DNA of 64,000 nt from Lytechinus pictus. Its lineage: Eukaryota. Positions 13,042-64,000 of this stretch are shown piece after piece (positions within the stretch are counted from its first letter, which is position 1; every line of letters starts with the position of its first letter). Where the stretch lies: positions 22,322,001-22,386,000 of the forward strand of contig NC_087250.1 in assembly GCF_037042905.1 (NCBI RefSeq), read 5' to 3'. The notes under the pieces were generated by a model that had not been told where the DNA came from, did not search any database, and was given only the letters and a program-made list of their open reading frames with translations. The translations under genes were made by a program, and so were the position numbers.

Positions 13042-16000
13042 TGTAGTAGTTGTTGTTGTAATACAATATTTTGGTACCGGCGCGGCGTGGCTGCGCAGCG
13101 CATTCACCGCCAAGGATATTGAAAGTAAATAGGCCTAAAATGAAAATGAACGAATGTTTTCCCCCTTCTTTCCATCCTCAGTTAAACACACACGCTCCCA
13201 CCCCCGCCCCACACACCAGACTCACCTCAATAGGCATCCACAAACTTACACAGACACACTAATTAAAAACCGGTACAGAACACGACTCAGCACAGCGTTT
13301 TGTGCCCCCCCCCCCCCCCCCTGGTTGTCTGGAAAATGTGCGTCAACTTGACTTCCGTCCATCAAAATAATAATTGATGCAGGATTTTTTTTTTATAGCG
13401 CACGTATCCACCGTGCTAGGTGCTCAAGGTGTTCCTGTATTACCCCGGCTTAGCTAGTCTACCGATTCCGGTGCGCACAGTTTTTCAACCCACCCTTTCG
13501 AGAAAAGCTCATCCAGTTTTTCACGAAGGGGTGTGGCCACCCCCGCTTAATCCCCGCTCCGCGAACGCAGACGATCGTCACCAGCCGTATAACCATCATG
13601 CACTTCCACCAACTTCTCAAGCAAAGCGTGTGGCGTTCGGCGTTGCGATCGCGAAAACTTCCTAGATCTTAACATATATTTTAAGCTACTTCACAGACGC
13701 TTTCTGCAACGTTCAGAATCTATTTGAAATGCCCGTCAAATCACAATGGACAGATTAGAGGTCTTTGAAGAAAGTTGGTGGACTGGTCCAGCACATCGTC
13801 TTAAGTTACTGGTTAAAAATTGTCGTTTTTCCAGACAACACTGCAGTTTTGATTCACCGATTTTCGACAAAGACTGTTTTGTTATGAAGGTCTTTTGACA
13901 ATATAATCTCTATATTCCCCTCTTGTCACCTGACCATAAACGTTTCATTCTAACCAGGGGCGCCCGTAACACAATACTTAGCAATGATCGTAGAACATTT
14001 TTCTACGATTGATTCCATTGACTAGAATGTACAATCAATCGTACAAATCAAACGTACGATCAATCGCTAACCTTTGTGTTACGAGACCCAGTTTATACCA
14101 AATGGCAAGTCAGCGTTGACTGTCCACGCAACACCCATCCAACAAACCATCTACCAACATAGAGATCACCTTCATAATCACCATCATAATCATCATTATT
14201 TTTTATTTACCACTCGTGGGATGGACACCCTATCAGCAAATTTTTGGGTTGTTAATTTTTTTCGTAGGGTCCATCATCACCACCAACAACAACAAAAATA
14301 CATCATCACCATCTATCACCATTTGTACAATCATCATCGTAATCATTACAAATATAGTCATAATCATCTTAATTTCGAGGATCGCAGGAACACCATTGCT
14401 GTCGTTCTCATAACTATCCTCATCATCTCAAAGAACAATCATAATACATAATCGAAACAACCATCGATTGTCTGCAAAGAAATACATATAAATTTCATTC
14501 AGTTTCGTCAATGTTGAGCAATCAATTTTCTACATAACTATTGTATGATTTTGTGAATTTATATTGGTTATAAAAGGTCATTTTTTGTTACTGAATATAT
14601 CTACTGTATATGAATATGTTAATACTATGACATTTTGTACGATTATTTGTATTATGGATAATTATTTGTCTTTTGTGAACAGTATTTTGTTAATATTTAT
14701 CACCATCACTTTCATTTTGAACTGAATGGTTAATAAATATTATTACAAAACAAAACAAAATTAAGAAGACCCCATTCCGGGTCAAATTCAGACTTACAGA
14801 TATGCTCTTTTGTCATCATAATGACTAATGGCGAACATCCAAATTTTATCATCATCATCATCGCTGCTTCCTAATGCATGAAGTAAAGTGGATTTTGAAA
14901 TATTATTTTTATCTACATGTAGTTATTAGGGCTGTTACGTTTGAACCTAATTTGGCATTTTTGAAAACAGCATAGGTAAAGCTTATGAAATATCCCCGAT
15001 TTGAGTAGGATGAAAAGAGTATTATACAACGTTTATGCCATGTATAATTTTAACTTTCAAGCGAACAAATACTCATACCAACAACCTAACACACATCCTC
15101 CCATATAAATCCACATTCAACTAACCCTGTTACAATGGTTGAAGACCTTTGGCCAGTTGTTTAAAACCGGCTTTGTACCTAATAAACTTATGACTGAAAT
15201 CACCACTTTCCCAAACTGTACTTCTAATAAGTTTTATATAATTACCTACTCATCTAATAAGTCCATGTAAATCGTTACTTTAAATAGACATGGTATAAAC
15301 ACTATACAATCACATGAAAATATCAAATCTCCACCCAAAATGTCAAATTCTAATCCAAATACTGACAAGAAGCTAAAGTTACTAGCATTTTAATGCAGTC
15401 GTTATTAATTTTAAGTCCAGACATTTTTCCAAAGTCTCCAAATAGCACTTTTAGTCCAACAACTGATTTTACATTGAGAGCATAAACTGTCGTATCATAC
15501 ATGATCATCTGCATAAAGTGCTAACTTTCTTTCCTTATATCCAAATCTAATTTCTCCTATCAAATGATTCGTTATTTATGAACCATTACTTCAATACACA
15601 AGATAAAAATATAATGACTGAGAGGGTGCCCTTGTCATACCCTTGTCTTGAATGTGAAAATCCGTTACTTTTTTACTTAGTAATACCTCTTTTTTATAGA
15701 AAGAATGTTAACCTAGCAATATAAAGGGCATCACTGACATTCACACTAAATAGTCAGGTTTTTCTGTTTCTGTTATTAAACTCCCGTTAGGAACTCCCCA
15801 GTATAGCTTTCTGTTGGTTGTACACCGTTAACTGCTGGTACACTATAAAAACTGTGGTGTTAAAACTGACACCAGTGGGTTTTAATAGAGGACCACACCC
15901 TCTGGTGTTAAAATTACACCCTAGAGATTGAATATAACACCAAAGAGTGAACATGTAACAACCAAGGGTGTTGCAATAACACCTATAGGTGCTATACTAA

Positions 16001-16682
16001 CACTGTCAATCTAACACCGGTGTAAAATAACTGGTGTGGTCCTCTAAGTACACCGGTTAACACCGCAGTTTTTGCTGTGTATATATCAAATTACACAGGG
16101 GGCATTTTCATGCCTCAGTTAATCAGGCATCGTGGCTGACCTTAAAGACGATAGAACTTATACTCTTGGCTATTTGTTTTATCAAAGTGAAGACAATTGC
16201 AGTGCAGAACTCACAACCTAACCATCTTGAGTCCGATACTCTTACCACTACACCACACAACCCACACTGCAAAAACTCCGGTGTTGATTTAACACCAGCC
16301 CGGAATCTATATAATATATTTCCACACCAGAGAAGTGTTAAACAACACCAGTTATGTTTTGGTCCATACTCACCAATTAGTATTAAAACAGCATCGGTTT
16401 GATTCCAAACTGGTGTTGTTTCAATACTTCTCTGATGTGGATATATATAGATTCCGGGCTGGTGTTAAATCAACACCGGAGTTTTTGCAGTGCACCGCCC
16501 GAATTGGACCCACCTGTTGATGGCTGTGTATAGATGTTAATCGACTGTGGATCGTTGGTAGACTCTCTTTGCGTGCCTTGAAGGGAAGTGATGCTGATGA
16601 TACCAAGAACCAAGGCTGCGATGCTCACCACACCCAAACAGCAGACCAAACTTCCAATCAAAACAAACCTGTCCTGAGCCAT
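142..16682 (-). CDS. Multi-exon gene A (3' end runs off window): membrane-anchored protein with bacterial-type solute-binding protein family 3 (PBP2) ectodomain; exons 16682-16514, 14870-14798, 12560-12508, 10161-10033, 8587-8397, 7235-7158, 358-142
   Basis: Seven GT-AG exons join in frame (intron phases 1,2,1,1,0,0,1; 910 nt). Product: MAQDRFVLIGSLVCCLGVVSIAALVLGIISI (TM)...GFTPDIVEAVCEIANKNC...DRLLTFTFSAPY...DDLTNQKVGF...AVQNDVVDVAF...DLVKWWNDAFQLLNDRGRYNEIC. These motifs are colinear with those of HisJ/ArtJ/GlnH-type proteins. Confidence 0.85.
3620..6350 (-). ncRNA. Putative small spliced transcript (lncRNA or micropeptide) nested in gene A intron 6; candidate exons ending at 5990, 4417-4293, and 3759 to about 3620
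   Basis: Donor AA|gtaagt at 5990; internal exon gcag|...AAG|gtatg; strong pyrimidine tract plus cag at 3760; AATAAA at 3642-3637; upstream CpG-rich promoter-like region. Only very short ORFs. Confidence 0.45.
6150..6560. promoter_or_regulatory. CpG-enriched promoter-like region with CCAAT (6243), CRE TGACGTCA (6272-6279), YY1-like AACATGGCTGCC (minus, about 6335-6346) and a CTCF-like motif (about 6463-6475)
   Basis: Motifs read directly; local CpG excess over the AT-rich background. Confidence 0.45.
7158..7235 (-). CDS. Gene A exon 6 (GSTLRPDQVFYFETADLLAAAVQNDV)
   Basis: gcag|GGT...GTG|gtaag; 78 nt, phase 0-0. Confidence 0.82.
7863..8320. repeat. Array of alternating direct and inverted TATCTCGCCAAGTCGACAT units
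   Basis: More than 10 copies in both orientations. Confidence 0.75.
8397..8587 (-). CDS. Gene A exon 5 (WVQTYDRLLTFTFSAPY...FCLARYTNIM)
   Basis: tttag|AA...ATG|gtaaa; ORF 8364-8744. Confidence 0.88.
8647..8847. mobile_element. Palindromic MITE (GGGGGTGTTTCACAAAG TIR)
   Basis: About 30-bp TIR. Confidence 0.7.
10033..10161 (-). CDS. Gene A exon 4 (VCEIANKNC...GWYDGCL)
   Basis: ttttcag|TG...G|gtatg; ORF 9962-10162. Confidence 0.88.
10332..11415. mobile_element. hAT-like non-autonomous element
   Basis: TIR CAGTGGCGTATCTA / TAGATACGCCACTG; 8-bp TSD TTCATGGC/TTCATGAC. Confidence 0.8.
12508..12560 (-). CDS. Gene A exon 3 (DKTTHTIRGFTPDIVEA)
   Basis: cag|G...G|gtgag; GFxxDI motif typical of family-3 binding proteins. 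Confidence 0.85.
12764..13060. repeat. (AGT)n microsatellite
   Basis: Read directly. Confidence 0.95.
14798..14870 (-). CDS. Gene A exon 2 (GSSDDDDDKIWMFAISHYDDKRAY)
   Basis: tag|GA...CT|gtaag, 73 nt, bridges phase 1 to phase 2 exactly; absent from the ORF track. Confidence 0.8.
14900..15720 (-). mobile_element. Old degenerate L1/Tx1-like RT fragment
   Basis: Remnant G.*QGHPLS (about 15620-15640) followed by LYADD (about 15503-15517) on the minus strand. Confidence 0.55.
15841..16078. mobile_element. Related CAC-ended palindromic MITE
   Basis: CACTATAAAAACTGTGGTGTTAA / TTAACACCGCAGTTTTTGCTGTG; internal inverted GAGGACCACACC. Confidence 0.6.
16090..16262 (-). mobile_element. Degenerate tRNA-derived SINE
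   Basis: Minus-strand head GTGGTGTAGTGGTAAGAG..GGACTC..GAGTTC (A/B-box-like). Confidence 0.5.
16265..16492. mobile_element. CACTG-ended (CMC/EnSpm-like) MITE
   Basis: About 47-bp perfect TIR CACTGCAAAAACTCCGGTGTTG...; 2-bp CA flanks. Confidence 0.8.
16514..16682 (-). CDS. Gene A exon 1 (start Met, N-terminal TM/signal anchor, S/T-rich stalk)
   Basis: ATG at 16682, hydrophobic segment, donor ACAG|gtggg. Confidence 0.8.
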
Positions 16683-19288
16683 AGTGATGGGTTACAATCA
16701 CCTAATTACTTAATTTTCTACAATTCGATCAGAATACTAAGGTTGATGAGTCTCGATCGAATCCCAAAGTAGGAATGAAACGAGATGACTCTTCACTCGG
16801 GTCCCAATCATAAAATGACTACATGCGAGGTTATAGGCCTACTATAAGGATCAGCGGTTTTCTCCTTCTCTCTTTATATCTTTCTCTCTCACTCAAACGC
16901 AGCCACACCCATACCCCCTCAAGGTCACATATTCTCCTCCTTCTATCCGTAAATACTCGTAAATTCTTTTGATTTGTGTTTAAATTGTACTGATAACTTT
17001 TCATTTCCTGATCAATAGCTTCATAAGAATGGTCTATTACAACAAGTAATCATTTCGACGCGAAGGACGCGAGACCTTCGGTTACATAATCGTCCCCAAA
17101 AAATGAATGATACAGACATTTATTTTCAACTTTAGCACACATGCAAAATTTTCCAATAACACATAGGAGTTGTTTTTTCCAGTTTCAAAAGACATTTGCT
17201 GCCGTCTCACTAACGACTCAGACACCAGGCCGATAAAAGCTACTTTATTATTTTTTGAATGGCATATCATCGAATGGTGCCGAGTTGGTTGAATAGGTGT
17301 GACTTACCATTGGTATTCAGGAGTCTCATGAGCATCTCCACACTGCCAAAGAAAGACCAGTCTAATTGTATTTAATTTTTCAAACTCTCAAAAGTGGTTC
17401 GTCCATTCTGTCTCGCCTGAAAGAAGTTTGGCAGACTCGAACCTCGTGATCATTTCTCCTGTGTAGTCATTATTAACAAAATTGAAAAGGGTTTGTTTAA
17501 TAGAGCGAAATGATAAGTACCTTTTTTTGGCCTTTTGAGTTAATCTCAACACATAAGCCCCCCCCCCCCAAAAAAAAAAAGAACCTTATCAAAAGCGGAC
17601 GGTAAAAAATAAATGAAAGAACAAAAATGAAAATACTATGCATATATACTCGCATGTAAGCGGTGACGTTGTATGATAATTCACCAGTAACCGGGGACGC
17701 AAGGGTGTACACAGATTTTGGGTCAGTTTAACTCCATCAACTTTCGTTCATCAAACACTTGAAATACTACAACACGGGCGCCATCCAAATTTTCGGAAAT
17801 CGCCCTAATGGTGAATGTAAGTTCACGCAGACACACACACTCACACACACACCCTCCCACCCTCACACACCCTACACACACTCTCACACACAGATGGGTT
17901 TATGGTTTATTCAAATCTACGTTGTCACATGTAATTCCATGCGAGCCAAAAACACACACACGCATCCTCACCCTCACAAGCCGACACACACTCACACCGT
18001 ATACATGGTATAGGTGAAATTATCAATGTTGACAAAAAGGCTGGTCGGGTAATATAACGGGTGTCCGAATAAAATAAAGATTGTTAGGGGTTCCTTTTTT
18101 TCAATTCTCTCTCTCTTTATTATCTTATAACATGATATGGGTTGGAAAATTCAGGATAGAATCCTGGTCTGTATCTTTCTAACATCCAATTTTAAGAATC
18201 AAGCTTAAAAACATTTTATTGTCCGTATTATAATTCATAAAAACATTGGCGTGCGTCCGTGATTTTATAATCAGCTGAGCGGTATTAATGGCGCGTGGGC
18301 TTATTAGCTAATATGGCCCGAACAAGGTAAATTAATTAAAATATAGATTACCTGGCAGAAGTTGAAAAAGAAATTAAGTACAGTATGCGTGTGTGGTTGT
18401 AGACATTTATGTTCTGGGGTCCGTTGCAGAAAAAGTTGCGTTTAAACGCAAGTCAAAAAATCAATCGCAAGTCCCAAACGCACGCTGTTGAAAATCAAGT
18501 TTCGCATGGTTTTTAGAGTTGCGATTGATTGCAACTTTTTCTACAACGAGCCCCTGGGCAATGACTGCAAAATCCAGGTATTAGGAAGAGTGTATTTAGT
18601 AAACCATTTTAATAAAAAAAAGGGGGTGCGTTTGAGCAGAACAAGTTCAAACTACATTACAAAGAAAGGTAGGTTTATAATCTCTTTAGTATAAAATAGT
18701 ATTATGTACATTCGGCAATATTCTAGTTACATGCTGTCAATGTACTTCATCATCTTAATAATCACAATCATAGATACTTACACATTCTGCGTCCATGTAC
18801 ACCTCCGTAAATATTGTTTTTCTTCATGTTTGAATTTATTCATAATCTTTAAGGAGAATTTAACGTTATGTGCTGCTCTTTTTTTTATTCGGTGCATATA
18901 ATAAAGTCCTTGTTGGTTAAACACCTCTTTTGTATTGCACTAAAGAGATTACACCTTTCATTGTAATGTCGTTAGGACAGGTTCTGCTCAAGTGCACCTT
19001 TTTTTTACTAAACTGGTTTTGAAATACGCACTATGCTTGTAACTAAGATTTAACGGTCATTACACAGACCGTATAGGCTCACTCATCCTGTGTATAAACA
19101 TACCAGAGAGTACTTCCTGAACATACTGTTTTACAGAAATTTAGCTTCGACTTCTGCCAGGTAATTTTCATTTTGAATCGTTTACATTCCATTATGATTT
19201 TACACTTGAACCTGTTTTTTTTTTGTTACGCTACTTCCGTCTTTTCGATTGTCATGTGAGAATTTATTTATTTTTGGTTAAAATTTCA

Positions 19289-20324
19289 TTTTTGTCTCGC
19301 CTGCATAGCATAGCGAGAGTATAGACGCCGCCTTTCCGGCGGCGGCGTCGTCAACATAAAATCTTAACCTAAGTTTAAGTTTTTGAGATGTTATCATAAC
19401 TTAGAGAGTATATAGACCTGGTTCATGAAACATGGATGTAAGGGAAATCAAGTATTACTGAACAAGCTGCCTAAGTTTTAGGTAACAGGACCAAGGTCAA
19501 AGGTCATTTAGGGTCAATGAACTTAGACCATGTTGGGGGAATCAATATCAAATCTTAACCTAAGGTTAAGTTTTTGAAATGCCATCATAACTTAAAAAGT
19601 GTTAAAAGCTAGTTCATGAAACTTACACATAAAGGTGAAGAAGTATTACTAAATACCCTGCCTAAGTTTCAGGTCACATGATCAAGGTCAAAGGTCATTT
19701 AGGGTCAATGAACTTTGGGCATGTTCGGGGTATTTGTTGAATTTCCATCATAACTTTTAATTTGTACGGAGCTAGTTCATAAGACTTAAACATAACAGTA
19801 ATCAAGTATCACTGAACATCTTGGGCGAGTTTCAGGTCACATGACCAAGGTCAAAGGTCATTTAGGGTCGATGAACTTTTGTCATATTTGGAGTATTTGT
19901 TGAATTACCATAATAACTTTTGAAGTTTATGAATCTATTTCATAAAATTTAGACATAAGAAGAAACAAGTATCACTAAACATGCTGTGCGAGTTTCAGGT
20001 CACATGACCAAGGTCAAAGGTCATTTTAGGTCGATGAATTTAGGCCATGTTGTAGGTAATTGTTGAATTGCCATCATAACTGAAAGTTTATTGATATAGT
20101 TAAGGAAATGTGACGGAGGGGAAATCCAGTATCATTGCTCATCTTGCACAAGACATAGGTCACTTGATCAAGGTCAAATATCATTTAGGGTCAATGAACG
20201 TAGTGGCATATTATATGAACGGTGTTCTTGTAAATAATTATTTTATAGACACTTTAAAAGTTAGCACTGTTGCTATATTAAATCGCGTAATACAGGCGAG
20301 ATTGCCAGAGGCGCTCCACTTGTT
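19289..20324 (+). mobile_element. Helentron-associated (HINE/DINE-1-like) element with about 5 internal 160-190-bp tandem repeats
   Basis: T-run start, subterminal IR TCTCGCCTG / CAGGCGAGA, (GGC)n microsatellite, repeat core CAAGGTCAAAGGTCATTTAGGGTC, TTGTT end. Confidence 0.7.
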
Positions 20325-20635
20325 AATCTTATCGATTCATGTTCTGTTGCAATCATTTTTTTTGGTTAGTTTCTAATTATTATTTCATTATCTTCTTCAT
20401 TAGTTTATTATACTTGTATATTACATATATTTTCAATTTATATATTTTCGCTAATAAAAAAGAAGAACGCAGATAGATTAAATGTCAAAAGAAATAAACT
20501 TTTCTGAAATCTATATGCATGCACCGAGTTGGATATTTCACCAAATTAAGTAATATCATATTACCATTTTTCATATTATATGATATATATATAAACGTAT
20601 ATTATTAACATATTATTTTTATTTGACTATTCCAG

Positions 20636-63117
<42,482 letters not shown>

Positions 63118-64000
63118 GTAAGAAGTGTGAAGGAGCACCACTAGAACAGTCACAAGCGAAACTGAGTCCAGACTATCCAAGTTATTTACAGGGATGCCAC
63201 TTTTCTGTTTTTACACAGAATTCCGGGTCCCCCCCCCCCCCCGTCATCTATCTTATTTCTTTTTTTTTCCCACGTTTGCCGTTTTCTATGTATCAGAAAA
63301 AAGTCGGAATATTCCGCCTTTCTCCTCCCCTCTATTTCTCATTTTCATGTCCGATCACAGAGAGATACTGGTACACAGTTGTACATGTGTAGGTCACAGT
63401 TTTGGGCTCATTGCACTTGTTTGACCGAGGGAACCATCTTTAAAATAGCTATGACTGTAGCATAAAGGGAGACTCTCCAATGTGGTCAGTTGCTCAGGGA
63501 GTGTGCTCTCGGACCCCTGTGCTTTGAACAAGTGTTGATTTTTTTTTCTGTAAAAATTATTGAAGATGAATTGCCAAGTTTAGTTTAAATAGCTAGGGCC
63601 ATTCAGTACCTATTGGCATCTATCTATGATTTGAATTTTATAAGAACTAAGTTTAAAATGTAAATACAATTTGTATTATGTCACAGGACAACATGATGAA
63701 AGTGTGTAATGGGGTCCTTTGAAATCAAACAAACAGTCATGCTTAACCAATCAAAACGGGTATTTCAGACTTTTTCAATTTCTTTGGGTTGGGTTTTAAT
63801 TTGCAGCACTTTTATGTATTAGGGCCCCCAAAATGTTATGTTATTTGCACACTAAAGAAAGGGAAGTGTATTCCTTTAGGGCTTAAATCCAATAAGGAAT
63901 TCACCCTTGAGTGACAAAGTTTTTTAGTCTTTGTTCTGCAATGTTTTATTTTTTTCTTGTTTCCTTGATTTTGTACTTTAATCGTGCAATACTTCTTGTA

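Overview
This is AT-rich, intron- and repeat-rich animal genomic DNA. Repeat style and gene families suggest an echinoderm such as a sea urchin (inference). I assembled the gene models by hand. (1) Minus strand, 16682 to beyond position 1: a gene of at least 7 exons encoding an N-terminally membrane-anchored protein whose ectodomain resembles bacterial family-3 (HisJ/ArtJ/GlnH-type) solute-binding proteins, with no ion-channel part. (2) Inside its 6.8-kb intron: a probable small same-strand spliced transcript with its own CpG-rich promoter and no convincing ORF. (3) Plus strand, 20636 to beyond 63117: 39 in-frame exons (about 6.5 kb CDS, about 2160 aa) encoding 12 complete and 2 partial MAM domains, with no LDLa modules. 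Its first visible exon starts mid-domain. The introns carry a full-length decayed L1/Tx1-type LINE (13-bp TSD, nested hAT-like MITE), an inverted 3' copy of that LINE, L2/CR1-group and older L1 fragments, tRNA-SINEs, many palindromic MITEs, Helentron-associated elements, and large (AGT)n and (GAT)n microsatellites.
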